From Haplodiscus bocki (Eukaryota): a stretch of DNA of 64,000 nt. The position numbers and the translations under genes are program-made. Every line of letters starts with the position of its first letter. Position 1 is the first letter of the stretch. The DNA lies in NCBI GenBank assembly GCA_965655095.1, contig OZ296652.1, positions 2,728,001 through 2,792,000 of the forward strand, written 5' to 3'. This document shows, piece by piece, positions 53,201 through 64,000 of this stretch. The notes under the pieces were generated by a model. It saw only the letters and a list, made by a program, of their open reading frames with translations, searched no databases and was not told the DNA's origin.

Positions 53201-56200
53201 TCAACTATGTCGTGGACATTTCGGCCTCACTTCTTCAAATGACGTTATGTGATTACGTGACTCCTTCACATAAATACTTTTAAGTTTTACACACTATGCT
53301 TAATTGTGTTCAGTGCTCATTTCTATACTGTCAGTTCCACGATTCGCCGAAAATCCGATTAAAACACACTCTTTACGAAAAAAATTTTCGGACAAAATAG
53401 ATGTCCGGTTTTTTGCTTCTCCTGAAAGTTAGTATTTTTCTGGTATATTTTCAGGAAATTCTCAAATTTAGAAAGCCTTCCCTTGCCTCAATACGTTGTC
53501 AACTATGAAACTTTTATATCTTGGCACCTAAGTCACCATTTGACCCAGATTTTGAATACCCATTACTAAGATTCTCCAATTGATCACCCACTGTTTTGGG
53601 TGTTGTCAACTTTAAGGCTTATGTCCTGCCATTTGGGTGTTTAAGTCGCCTAAACTTATTTAAACGTAACAAAGAGACCCCGACCAACTGACTAATAAAA
53701 TTTAGTATACTGTGCTAGTTTCGGCTATTTTGAAGATTCTTTGCCAACTTTAAGTTCTATATCTTTGCACTTAGGTTGCTGAGTCGCCCAAATTTTGCAT
53801 AGGTACAGCAAAGAGACTCCAATCCATCTTCCACTAATCTGGCTTTGATATTCGAGCCCAGCCAGTAGCCTTTATAAAAGACACTATTTCTTTTTTTCTT
53901 TTCCAGGAATCGATCAACAAACTTTAGCTTTCCGCCAGAGCGAAAAAACTTTGAACGCACAGGGAACTTTCGAATGGAGTTTGCTCTTCTTCTGGAGATC
54001 GATTCCCCCTCACGACCAGAAGCTGAGGAAAAGTCCCATCGACCCTATTCGGAGTCCAACTTTAGCTGGAGGACTTTTTGGACTCATGAGAGACTGGTGG
54101 GAACACCTGGGGAGGTCAGAGATTTAAAAATTGCAAGGAAGCTTTAATAAAGCAGTGTTTCAAAATTACTTCTAATTTATTTACTCTTTTTAATTCAGAT
54201 ACGATAACCATCTACCATTGTAGAAGTAGTCTACAGAACTCAATAAAAAAATCAAAAAAGTTTCGAAAGGTAAAGCTTCCTTCAAAACAACTCATGAGAT
54301 TGGATAGTTTAACAGAAATACAACATTTGGAGCCCAATTTTTTCATCCTACCCATTTTTCAACCTGCTGAAACGTTGCAATGACACGGTAGAACAAATTG
54401 ACAATTTTTCTAATAGGGAAGACTCAAGTGAAGCAAAACAGTGAAATGCTCCAAAGTTAAAGATTTCAGAACTCATTGTATGACTCGTTTTCAAAAACTT
54501 TTCTTTCATATTAATTTATGGATGATTTTTTCTGAGACAGGTATGATGATGGAATGGAATTATGGGGAGGAGAGAATTTGGAGTTGTCGTTCAAGACGTG
54601 GCTCTGTGGAGGACAGGTGCAGTATATTCCATGCAGTCATGTCGGTCATATTTACCGAGGAAAACATCCCTACCACTGGTATAAGCCCGGACCCGATAGG
54701 GCTTTTACAACTAATGCGAGGTTAGAGTAAAGGTGGTCATTTTTGCAGCTTGTAAAAACAAATAGTATTTTTTGGTGTTCAAGTTTTTCAAAATTTCCCT
54801 CTTCTTTAGTCTCTAAAACGTTCACGTACAATCAAAAACAATGAAATATTACTTGGTATTCAGTAGGCTACCAGTGAAGTATTTCGATGCTTGAATGCTC
54901 AAAACTCAAATTGGAATTTTAGTAAACTGAAGTTGCGAGTCAACTATTCAGTGGAAATAAGTTCTAAAGCATGAAGTTATTTAAAAGGTCAATCAATAAT
55001 TGGACTTTAGCAATCAGAAGTTACGTTCGTAAAACAAACATTTCTTCAATTTAACTGGTGTAAGGTACGGATGGTTAAATGGTTCGTCTACATGCGTAAC
55101 ACTGAATACGTCATCAAATGACTTATGAAAAATGTCTTCCGAAACAAATTTTGAGACACCTAGCAAACAAGCAAAAACTCATAAACACCAGCCCTTGCCT
55201 CAAATAAACGTACTCTCTCCCAGACTTCAATGAATTCAGGGGTTGTCGGGCGAGGTTCTCGTGGTTGGAGGATTTGGACGACAACTCGTCGTTTGGGAAG
55301 ATTTAGCCGAAGTGTCGGTAATTATTTGTTGGAGTAACATAGTCATTCAAATTTTCTTCAACGGACATTTTCGGAAAATGGGTTGCTCGTACATTCTACC
55401 GCTTCTAAGTATCCTAGCGCTGGAGGAGAAACTCAAGCAAGTGGTGAAGACTTGAATTTATTTATTGGTTGTTTATTTCTACAAAGCGATGTATCCCGGG
55501 TCGAAATAATGGCCAAAATTTTTCCGGTATAAGGGCGTTAACGGCGGTCAAAATTAGCCATAGAAGCCGTAATTAACCGGAAAAATAGCGGCGTTAACGG
55601 CGTTTTGCTTGTAAGTTAACGGCGTTAGCGGCGTTTACGCCACTATACCGGAAAAATAACGGAGTTTTCCCAAAAAAGTTGGACCCGGGATGTTATATCG
55701 TGAGAATGAGCAAGATCAATGTTATTTTAGGTCGTTTCTACAAAGGCAGAGAGGCTAATGTCAGTGACTGTCTGAATCTCGTTGCTGACGAATTGCACAG
55801 TTACGTGACCGATGGCAAAAAGCAGTTCTTGCCATCGGTGTGACGCTTTTGACTCGTTGCCCATGGCATGAAATAACTATTTAACGTGTGAAACGCAAAG
55901 CCGCCGCCGCCGGAGCGTCTAACGCTTGAAGAAGCAACTTTGTGTTCAAATCTATGAGAAAAATAAATATGGCGAAAGGAATCCTTACTTCACTGTAAAA
56001 AACATCAAAACATGAATTTTGGGTTGAATTAAAGGGTAATTTCAGTGCAATATAACTTGTAGCACAGGATACTATTTACGTTGAAAAATGTCTTTGTGCT
56101 ACTTCGGGAAAAATACCATAAGTTGCTCAGACAAAGGAAAATGTCCAATAATTGATGTATCAGCTACGTATGGATGGCGACTACTGGTCTAACTGTTAAG

Positions 56201-59200
56201 GTCGTTAGTTTCAGTCTGGAGCATTAGAAAAAAACTTAGCTGTGTTTCTTTGTTCTTGTGTTCAAGCTACTACATCTGGAAATGTCTGTTGAGCACCTTC
56301 AAGTTGACTTTGAAGTTAGGATATGGTCAGACATCGCAAAACGCCTGTTTTAGCACTATTGCCTAAAAAATGCTGATAAGACATAGAAAAATGTCTGTTA
56401 GCACTAGTTGGTTGGAGTCATTGGGTCAGCTATCGAGATTTGTCTGTCTAGCACAATTAATTCAGTGACATGACTCATACATCAGAAAAGATCTGTTCTA
56501 AGAAAGCGACCCGCTAGTGGACCAAAATTGGTCCCTTAGGTCGAACTTTCATCGCCGATAGTAACTGTTTATCCATCGTTGTCTTAAAGCCAGCCAAAAC
56601 ATGACATATGGAAACGATGTCTGAAGTATGAACTTTTCCAATTGCTTTTGCTTGCGTTTTAACACATCTACATGTATTTTTTTCTTTTCTATTGAGAGTT
56701 TACTTACAGCAATTTGGATTGTTGCGTGGATAACACGGAAACGGATTTTTTCCAACTTAGCGTAGTTTCAGGTCATTGGTTGGATTTGGAGTCTTGTAAA
56801 GAGCGTTATTGTAGTACAGAGAGCATTTTTTTGTTTTGGTTCCTGGCCCAAACCTGCCGATGTCTCTATGAGTGTTCTAAACTTCCTTTTGCACCTTTGA
56901 GCTTCAATCACAATCTGAAAATAGCACGTACCCTTTTTCTTGTGCTTGAACTGTTTGGTTGGTGTAAGTGGAACTACCAATTGATATTATGCTCAAAACA
57001 TGTTTGTAAATAGTACATAAAGTCTTATGTATACTAGAATTGTGATCGCACGAGGTGGAGAGGAAGTAAAACGAAATGCTTGCATTTCTACCTTTATGCG
57101 ATTTATTGCTACAGAACTTGCGTTAAGATCTTAAACCAAAAATTGCTTCATACAAAAATAACAGACACGTAGCTTCAAGAATCTGAAGAGGACTCATATT
57201 TACTTCATGTGGGCATGACGTGGTTGCTTCATTCTGATAGCATCAACACACTTAAGAAAAAAAAACGTTGCTGCCGTTTGATGGTCAACGAGTTTTTCAA
57301 TAACTGCGTCATAGTTCGGTCTGAGTCCCCAAGGCAGCGTACCGCACTTTCAGCAACCCCCTCACGGAAGGATTTGCTCATGGAAAAATGTTCCACATTC
57401 ATAGACCTGCAGTGCTGACAACACTCCATACTCAGAGCACTTCAAACACCAGGAATACTATACCCTCGGTCAAACACTAGTTCGTAAAACGAGCCCAGTG
57501 ATAATGACAATTTTGTGGGACGAAGAATGCAAAGTGTAATCGGATATCATGCACCTGCAGCTATGCATTACCCAAGCTGCTGTTATACTGAATGAAAACA
57601 AAGAACGTTTCATACCTTCTGCTCAGATGAATGTAAAAATGTCAGTTCACTGACCAGCCACTGGTATTTTTCAGGAGTATGGACTTAATGCAAAACACCT
57701 TCACTAAATAAAGTTGAGGAAAACCTCAGAACTACTGGAAGATTTGATTTTTCAATTCCAAACATTTGACAATGTCTGTGTTATCTGAGGAGAATGCAAC
57801 AAGTATAAAACGGCTTACGAGACTTTTGGTGTCGTACTAGCATCTTTGAAGGGAATAGACCTTTCCGATGGAAAAAGCAAAAACAGTATATTTTTAACAA
57901 AGTAAAAAATGAATAAGATGGGTCTTTTGATCTTTTGGGAACAAAAAAATTGACCACCATTCGATTGGCACCCCATTGAAATAACTTTTGCTAAAATTCT
58001 TGTCCCTCTACAAACCTGTAACAAGTAATGTATTCATAATAGAAGGCCGCGACTCCAATTTTTGACTTTGAAGCAATCTTTGTCCAAACTCCAGCTCTGT
58101 GAGTTCATGCGTGCGCGTCCTTTCTCAGTTGTTGAATCGCGTCCTCTTTTCGACTTTTTCTGAAGATAAATCTTTTGTCTTCAAGTTTTAGATATTTTGT
58201 GCAACTTTTCTTTAACTATTGCAACTGTGACGTATTACTTTTTTGGCGGGGAATTCAATATTTGGATCCTATTTTGATGCGTTAGAGAATGTGTGTCTTT
58301 ATTCTTTGTCTGGTGCTTTCGGTCTTGCACCAAAAATTTTTATGTGTAAAATGCGTTTTTTTGGTTCTTCGTTAGTTTCGTTTATTGTCGTAAATTTCAA
58401 TGCATCCTGTAAGGTGATTTTTTTCTGGTAAGGCGTGTTTTGGTGTTTATGTTCCTCCATTTTTGATATACCAATGTGTTTTTTTCATGGGTTTTTTCCG
58501 CATTTTTCATCGATTTCTACTGTGAGGATGTTGAAGCTGAGTAGTTCGGCTCTAGAGTTTCATTTTTCCCTTTCTTCAATTAGTTGACCCAGCGACTTTT
58601 GCGTATCTATTTGTTCTTACCAGAAGAAATCTCTTTGGCTGTTGTGTTTGTTTCGCTTTTGTTGGTAATATCGGTTGAGAATTCTTTTTAGTCTGTCTAT
58701 TTCTATTTTTGTTTGGTCGGATTTTTTACTCTGGTTATGTGTTCTATGGTTCATGGTTCCAGGTCTAATTCTTTATGGAAAATGGTGGCAGACGTAATCT
58801 TTTTGGTACCGTTCTATTCTCGAGAAACTTCTCTATCTTTCTCCTGACATATGTTCCCTGCATTATTTTCGTGTTTTGTCGGAATCTTTATAGTCATTTT
58901 CCTGTATAGTACAATTTCCCTCGGCTGCGATTTTTCTGTCGAAACACGTGGTAGGTGCTTTCACTTGGATCAATCTCTGTCAATAAGAGTTTTTTCGGTT
59001 AAATTAGAAAACATGAAACTACGCCATTGTCGCAGTTTGTCTGCAAAGTGTGCGCATAAGTCGTATTTTCGTAAAGGCAAACCCCTAGTCAGGAAACGAA
59101 AATTTGAAACGACCCCCGTAACGAACTTTCTTCTACTTTATGTGAAGATGCGTAAGTTTACATATCATTTGCCCAATAAAATGACCAAAACAAAAACAGA

Positions 59201-62200
59201 ACGGATGCGGAAAAAAAACATGTTTATTCACCTTCCAATTCTAAAGCAAAGGTGTTCCCTGCACAAAACGTTATGTTTTTTTTCGAAAAGCGTTCACCAT
59301 TCACTAACTTTGGTGTGTACTAAAGTGATTGTGTTGATAGTTCACTGTTTTGAAAATTTCATTTGATTTTGCTAAAAAGTGACCATACGTTGGCAACGTA
59401 GAGATGAAGAGTGACTATTTGTTCCGTTGCTAATAGTCTGCTGCTTCATCCATTCATTCTTTCACTCTAAGTGTTCCGGAGGAAAATGCGATAATTGTCC
59501 GTTCTGGTGAATTATTGCTAATTCTGTGCGCTACCAGAGTGCTACCAGTACATTGGGGATGTTTCCAGAAGTAATTGCCCCCAATGGCTTCAAAACTTAG
59601 TTTCCGTCATTTATCTCAAATTTCACAAAATACTTGTAAATTTCGTCTTTCTTTAAGGTGAAAAAAATTTATCTAGTGCAAGTTCGAGTTAAGGCTCTGT
59701 TTGGGCGGGAAAATCACTTCGATATAAAATTCCCACAGATTTTATCAGTCCACCTTTCGTCGAAGGAATGAACAGAAGCAGCTTATTATGAGGGAAAAAC
59801 GGACGGACAGGTGACTTTTTCCAGCCTGATTGGCAAAAAAAGGTTTGATTTTTTCTCCTGATTTCCTCTAATTTTGACTGAGTCGTGGCCTTTGAGCCAG
59901 CATGTTCCCGGATTAAATGTAGGAGACATCAAAATAGTGAAACTCAAAACTATACATAATTTCGCTACTGCTAACATGTTCCGCGTTTGATAAGTTATTG
60001 TGCTTATTTGCATTTCCAAAAAAATACCATCCATCCTTCAAAACTTCGAAAATGTTCTTTTACGGGTGAGGAAACTAAGGATGAGAAAACTGGCAGCAGT
60101 GAAACAAGAAAGTCAAGACGAACACTCGCGTGCTGGGAGATCCGAGAAGCCGTCACTTGAACAAACGAGGACCACAAAACACATGGTTCGGAGAAACCTA
60201 CGGGGAAACAAATAAGAAGGTACCTCGAGAGCGCCGCCGAACTGAAAATAGAATCTTAAGACAACTTTCTAAAACAGACGAGTTTCGTCTGAAATCGAAA
60301 TGTCAGTGCAATCTAAAAAAGTTACGGGAATTGTTTGCAGTTTGGTTAGTATGAAACAGAAACCCAAGTAGGATCGTTCCCAGATGTATCCTCAACCTGA
60401 CGTATCAACCTTCTTGGTAACGGCATGAGGCCAAATAGAAACTTCGTCACAAAAACTTCCTATACTTGAAAGCATATGTAAGTGGTAAAACAACTTTTTT
60501 AACAAGGAACTGGGAAAACTTCAAATTTACGGAGAACTCTTAGTGATTTTGGATTTTTGCCTTTCTACGCATTGTTGTACGACATTTAGCGACCTCGTCC
60601 AAAAAAGGATTTTCGTGCGACATTTGAAAAACTAAAGAATTCAAAATGATAGAGTTGAGCGGCGGTACAGGTAAAGGGGGTTGATACGGACCATCTTAGT
60701 AACCGTGACATTGTGCAAATAAGGAATTGATAATTTTTTCCCGCTCGCTAAATGAATTTACTTCAACATAGATTAGAATTTGGACTCTTGATTTTTTCCC
60801 AATTAGTGGCAAAAGAGCATAAGGGTAAAAGAAGATTCACTTGCACCAGCATAGATTTGGTCAAACAGCAACAAATTATTAGGTCAAAGGTGAAATAGAG
60901 CAAGAGTCTAGCTTTTCCCAGTCTGTATGAACGAAGGGAATTAGGAGAGTTTTGAATATTATGAGTCTTTTCCAACATTTGTACAGAGGTAACGTAAGAT
61001 ATGCTGAGTAGTGGAAGTGAGCATTGAAGTTAAAGTCTGCAATAGCCTATTTTTTATCCAAGAGTCGTCATTTCGCCATAGCGGAAATGAAGGGAAGGAC
61101 AAAAAATATGAACGCCAATACTTTATTCTAGCTTGGCTACAGTGTTGAGTTAGATTGCAGAAAGTATTGAGAAGGGCAGTGCAAACTGAAGTGGTTAAGT
61201 GTTTTCAATTTTGATTCCGGATTGCGTTCCGGTAACCTTTTGGCTTTCCCCAGGTAATGGGAACTAAGGAAATAGAAGAAGTGAACAATACGGTCTTTTC
61301 CAGCCTGGGATCAGTGACAAGTGAGGGTATGCTAAGAAGTGGGGAAAAGTATATCTTTCATTTCCAATGCCAAGTAGCACAGAGACCAGGACGTGGCCAT
61401 TCTGAGGTTTTGGGAAAGACTGGAAAACGTGATCAACAATTTTTATTTTGTGTTTTGCAGATAGAGAAAAACTGTTAGGGGAAAAACCAGCTTTGTTCAA
61501 TTGGTGAAAAAAGTTCTTATATGTGTAACGGGTTAATGTCCGGGCAAAAGCATGGCCATTCAGAGCCAGTTCGAACGCGATTGACAATTTTGGAAATCAA
61601 TAGATTTTTTCCACTTTCGTTACAGGGTTTAGGCAGGGTAGGGAAAGTAGTGGAAAGAGCCGGGTAGCTTGATATGACTAAAAATTTTCAATTTTAATTC
61701 GTGTTAGTATGCTGGTGGAAACGTGGTTTTCCTAAGTTTGGGAATGGAGGGAATGAAGAAAATTTTGGAAAACAGAGATTGTTCCATTCTCGATACATGG
61801 GACCGGGCGAGTATAGTAAGGAGTTTGAATAGGCGGTGAATATAATATGGGAAATAAATGTCCATTCCATTGCGGGTTAATTTTGGGAGACTCTTGGGGG
61901 GTCATTCCGAGCCTCTGACACTCCCAGAGAGTCTCAAAAATTTTGTTTCCTACAGTGATTCCTACGTGAGAGTTGGTTCGAGAATTTGGGCAGTGTATTG
62001 TTTTTGGCGGGTTAACTTAGTTAGAAAAAAACGCCATGGTTAATGACAATAAATTGGCCCGGAATTGAGAGAAAACAATGCAAGCTAATCTTTTGACCAG
62101 AGAAAAATGCTGCTCTTCCGTTTGTTTTCATTGCGGTATCTTTAAAGTGAGTTTCAGCCATCAGTCATTAAGCTATAGTGCAGTGTAGGCAATGAATCAA

Positions 62201-63547
62201 TAAAGAGGGAGGCAAAATTTTCGAAACTCATTTCTGATTTAGTTCTGCCCCAAGCAATCGTTAACTTTTTGTTCGAGGAACTTCTCCTTGGCAATGAACT
62301 TCTTCTAGGGAAACGAATGGTTGTCCCTATAAGCACCCCCGTACGCAGAAGTCCTTCAAATGGTTATCGCAAAGTTTTTCCGAAGTCCTAGCCGCCTTGG
62401 GCAGCTATGCTCTGTTTGTTTTTTCTCAGCTTCGTTACGTAACTCTCGTTAGAAAACGCCATGTCTTGATGATTGATGGTGATCAGCATGGCGCGTCATG
62501 AACAATTGATGAAACATGAAAGTTGACTAAAGGTAGGAAAAATCGACGCATTTTTTTCGTTTGAACTTCTGTAATTTTTTTCAGACGTTTAGCAGAAGTT
62601 TGGTTAGACGAATACAAGAAATTTTTCTACGAAATAGCTCCTGATGCCAAGCAGTTAGACATGGGCAGCATCGAAGAACAACTAGCCAATAAAAAACGAC
62701 TAAACTGCAAGCCCTTCAAATACTTCATAACGGACGTGGTCAAAGATATGTATCCCCCGACGTTGCTTTCTTATACTAAAGGGGGGCTATCTCCAACAAC
62801 ACAGTCAGAGATATGCCTGGACACTTACGCCCATAAATCCGGAGATATCAAGCTTTATGGGTGCCACCATATGGGCGGAAATCAGGCGATTTCTTTGACC
62901 GAAAAGGGTGAACTCAGAATCAACATTTTGACTTGTCTCGAATCAGTGTCTAAAGATACAGGTGTTTATATGTCTGATTGCAACGGCAATGGAAATCAAA
63001 TATGGTCTCACAAGGCTCCAAATTCTAGGTAGGTTGTGCACTTCAAGCAAAAACTGTCGATTCAGTTGCAAATCAACTCGCTCATACGATTGAGACTTGA
63101 AATTAAAGCCAGTTCAATTGATGGTGTCTTCACATTGTTATTCTTTATATGAGTTATTTTCTAGCGATTTTGAAAAGGTCTCATCAACTTTTTAAACTGA
63201 GCTCCGTGCGTTTGATCGTTTTTTGCAGAGAAGCTATCTCTCAATTTGTTTGGTTTTGACCTATGCATTTTTTCAAGTTTTGACAAGCAAAATTTTTGAT
63301 ACATTACAAGTTTAATTGAAACTTCCGGTTAAAATCAATTGGATCAATTTACTTTAATCAAAACATATTGATCGTCATTGTATCAGTGTAGTAAACTGCT
63401 CTGCTCAACTGTGTTTGCAGGATATACCACGAAGCAACAGGTCAATGCATGACTTACGAAAAAGGCAAAGTAAGAATCGCGGATTGTGACGAAAGCAACG
63501 AGAGTCAAAAATGGAAGTTTGATACATACTTCGGAACACCAGAATAA
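34990..63547 (+). CDS. GALNT: Polypeptide N-acetylgalactosaminyltransferase (GT27, GALNT family), 3' five exons; 5' exons not found in window
   Basis: Exons 34990-35217, 53907-54114, 54541-54720, 62585-63028 and 63421-63547 join in frame at GT-AG junctions. The product has RHGLIRAK, the DxH metal-binding motif (FLDSHCE), [35 protein letters not shown] and a ricin-B lectin domain. The paralogue number cannot be assigned. Confidence 0.95.
35525..35592 (-). mobile_element. Degenerate tRNA-derived sequence (SINE head or tRNA pseudogene)
   Basis: On the - strand there is an A-box-like CGGCGCAGTGG, an anticodon-arm-like TGGG-CTCCGGA-ACCA and a B-box-like GGGTTTGAACCCC at tRNA spacing. The acceptor stem is not formed. 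Confidence 0.45.
35668..37208 (-). repeat. 3' LTR (1541 bp)
   Basis: Direct repeat of 51036-52503. On the + strand it begins TTTGAAGTG (TGTGAAGTG in the other copy) and ends ...gtcaaactACA. It carries an extra 2x25-bp insertion at ~36130-36185. Confidence 0.93.
37250..38150 (-). pseudogene. Coiled-coil + TRAF-C/MATH domain ORF (RING-less TRAF-like), just inside the 3' LTR
   Basis: One frame from 37830 to 37300 reads [20 protein letters not shown]...IWKLENF...[61 protein letters not shown]...TPCFSRP...SSCGFLFY. After a frameshift it continues [13 protein letters not shown]. This matches the TRAF MATH pattern IWKI..F...FSPAFY...YGYK.C...Y.NG.G...G.HLS......G..D..L.WPF...V...L.DQ...SFQRP....SG...F. 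The 5' boundary is approximate. Confidence 0.8.
38400..40600 (-). pseudogene. env: Envelope glycoprotein, chuvirus/Jingchuvirales-like (class III fusion type), decayed
   Basis: A signal-peptide-like start is followed by QFDC...[11 protein letters not shown]...ATICRIK...FFCGTHDH.S, then LPC...FTWKAPENC and [12 protein letters not shown]...FVDP.TR. A C-terminal transmembrane segment [19 protein letters not shown] lies at ~38750-38805. Confidence 0.72.
39283..39346. repeat. 31-32-bp direct duplication inside env
   Basis: tgtgtagggctgatctcatttgtgggcgggaa occurs twice in tandem. Confidence 0.85.
40816..41078. repeat. Minisatellite, ~9 copies of a 28-29-bp unit (GGCCAGAAAAAGGAAC.TTGGCACCTGTA), upstream of env
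   Basis: GGCC anchors at 40872, 40900, 40928, 40957, 40986, 41014, 41042 and 41071. A second ~30-bp CTGGCACCACCA repeat lies at ~41259-41362. Confidence 0.9.
41400..43491 (-). pseudogene. Accessory ORF region of unknown function between integrase and env
   Basis: An ATG at 43491 is in frame with ORF fragment 43057-43245. Further coding-like fragments run to ~41400 with a low-complexity repeat inside. No family was recognised. Confidence 0.4.
42411..42612. repeat. Degenerate 15-16-bp purine-rich tandem repeat (GGGTAGAACAATAGAA)
   Basis: Repeated tagaacaatagaagg units are directly visible. Confidence 0.85.
44040..45300 (-). pseudogene. pol: Integrase (zinc-binding remnant, DDE core, GPY/F module)
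   Basis: The core reads VYDNDSAF...[16 protein letters not shown]...[26 protein letters not shown]...TTY is GPY/F-like, and an H..H..C..C remnant lies at ~45070-45210. Confidence 0.88.
46100..46800 (-). pseudogene. pol: RNase H (pol) with a diverged ~295-bp internal tandem duplication
   Basis: Copy A reads [18 protein letters not shown]...[10 protein letters not shown] and copy B reads [18 protein letters not shown]...[10 protein letters not shown]...YCVHKP. The anchor tgatcggtccattt occurs at 46807 and 46512. Confidence 0.88.
46800..47731 (-). pseudogene. pol: Reverse transcriptase (pol), Ty3/Gypsy type
   Basis: [10 protein letters not shown] and [11 protein letters not shown] are present, followed by GF*GPCGLP. 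The YxDD motif reads AIS*LDDSL, with the Tyr codon mutated to stop. The connection region reads [11 protein letters not shown]. Confidence 0.92.
48040..48465 (-). pseudogene. TARG1/OARD1 (Poa1p/DarG-like) macrodomain inside pol, between protease and RT
   Basis: Joining three frames gives [22 protein letters not shown] / [14 protein letters not shown] / VNGLQE...[64 protein letters not shown]. This parallels the TARG1 pattern SLAHCIS.D.RM..GIA...YIYYLITK.....KPTYENL..SL..MK.H...N.V..L.MPRIGCGLD.L.W..V...I..VF. Confidence 0.85.
48899..49288 (-). pseudogene. pol: Retropepsin aspartic protease (pol)
   Basis: [12 protein letters not shown] catalytic motif and downstream NLLGVEF (ILGxDF-like). Confidence 0.9.
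49320..50600 (-). pseudogene. gag: gag (retrotransposon capsid), decayed
   Basis: Manual translation gives ...[52 protein letters not shown]...[12 protein letters not shown], the L.G.A..W...TW..I...F..RF gag pattern. Boundaries are approximate. Confidence 0.75.
51018..51032 (-). promoter_or_regulatory. Primer-binding site (PBS)
   Basis: On the - strand TGGCGCGACCAGAGA begins 3 nt after the 5' LTR end (…CTTCACA aac TGG…). TGG is complementary to the tRNA CCA end. The priming tRNA was not identified. Confidence 0.75.
51036..52503 (-). repeat. 5' LTR (1468 bp)
   Basis: On the + strand it reads TGTGAAGTG...gtcaaacccgACA and is followed by the GCAG target-site duplication. Confidence 0.93.
52130..52290 (-). 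promoter_or_regulatory. LTR U3 promoter: CRE (TGACGTCA) repeats, E-box palindromes, CCAAT boxes and TATA (mirrored at ~36815-36980 in the 3' LTR)
   Basis: TGACGTCA occurs at 52268 and 52278 (36886, 36953 and 36963 in the 3' LTR). GTCACGTGAC, AGCCAATCA/ATTGGCT and then TATATATAG follow in promoter order on the - strand. Confidence 0.6.
53907..54114 (+). CDS. GALNT: GALNT exon
   Basis: Polypyrimidine tract then ttccag|. Translation (G)[68 protein letters not shown]. Donor AG|gtcaga. Not in the ORF track. Confidence 0.93.
54541..54720 (+). CDS. GALNT: GALNT exon (Gal/GalNAc-T motif)
   Basis: Acceptor gacag|. Translation (R)[59 protein letters not shown]. Donor AG|gttaga. Confidence 0.95.
55493..55691. 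mobile_element. MITE-like element (~200 bp) in a GALNT intron
   Basis: Terminal inverted repeats ATCCCGGGTC.AA / TT.GACCCGGGAT, sub-terminal inverted ttttccggtata / tataccggaaaa, and internal gttaacggcg repeats. Confidence 0.65.
56270..56500. repeat. Degenerate interspaced repeat (~25-bp AGACAT....ATGTCTGTT.AGCAC motif, ~5 copies, variable 24-34-bp spacers)
   Basis: Motif copies lie near 56272, 56331, 56381, 56430 and 56479. Confidence 0.5.
62585..63028 (+). CDS. GALNT: GALNT exon (end of catalytic domain, linker, start of ricin lectin domain)
   Basis: Acceptor tttttcag|. Translation (R)[15 protein letters not shown]...LNCKPFKYF...CLDT...[11 protein letters not shown]...CLE...NQIW. Donor AG|gtaggt. 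Confidence 0.95.
63421..63547 (+). CDS. GALNT: GALNT terminal coding exon (lectin gamma repeat)
   Basis: Acceptor tttgcag|. Translation (R)[41 protein letters not shown], containing the QxW motif. Confidence 0.92.
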
Positions 63548-63548
63548 A
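63543..63548 (+). terminator. Candidate polyadenylation signal AATAAA overlapping the GALNT stop codon
   Basis: GAA TAA A at 63542-63548 forms AATAAA. Usage is not demonstrated. Confidence 0.3.
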
Positions 63549-64000
63549 TTATTGCTCAAAAATTAATTTTCAATAACTATTATGAGCTGTTGCTCCAACC
63601 AAAACATATTTTATCCCTTCATTGATAACTTCATTCTGATAATAGTATAGGTTTATTGTGTTGAGTTATAAAAAAGTATTCCAGAATTATGATAAATGCA
63701 GTCCACAAATTCAAGTGCAATTATTTGTAATATCTCTAATATTTGATTACATCTAGTGGTTTTGGATGCAAAGCTGCAATTTCTCACAATTTGGCAAGAA
63801 CTATAAATATCCGTATGCATCTCCTGTCATTGTTAGTGTGTCGCCAGGCTATGAAATCAGCAAGGGTTCTACAGTTCTGCTGAAAAAATTAATACCGACT
63901 TGATAGAATAATCTTTCATCGCCAAATGATCACGACACCGTTGCCTCGTTGATTTACCCGAAGAAATTAGCATTCACCATTCAAGTATGAGTGAGCAGTC

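Noticed and set aside
56549-62336. Intronic ORFs (56549-57429, 58851-59366, 61264-61587 etc.) as genes or named transposons
   Set aside because: No recognisable domains. They are probably very old mobile-element debris, but this cannot be supported without a search.

Overview
This is animal-type eukaryotic genomic DNA (GT-AG introns, no operons) in three layers. (1) Positions 120-32741 are a complete tandem array of 14 near-identical ~2359-bp units, with both flanks visible. Each unit is mostly the decayed C-terminal half of a protein-primed family-B DNA polymerase of Polinton/Maverick/adintovirus type. The array is bounded by a 12-bp microhomology (CAAAATATTCAT). (2) The 3' part of an apparently intact polypeptide N-acetylgalactosaminyltransferase (GALNT family) gene lies on the + strand. 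Five exons (34990-35217, 53907-54114, 54541-54720, 62585-63028, 63421-63547) splice in frame. No 5' exons were found in the window, so the array probably sits in an upstream intron. (3) A 16.8-kb decayed Ty3/Gypsy LTR retroelement (35668-52503, - strand, GCAG target-site duplication) is inserted antisense in a GALNT intron. Besides gag, protease, RT, RNase H and integrase, it carries a TARG1/OARD1-like ADP-ribose-hydrolase macrodomain between protease and RT. It also has an unknown accessory ORF, a chuvirus-like (class III) envelope glycoprotein, and a coiled-coil + TRAF/MATH-domain ORF with no visible RING. This enveloped retroelement carrying two putative anti-host-immunity modules is the most novel-looking system in the window. 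All domain calls come from manual translation and motif recognition; no database searches were run.
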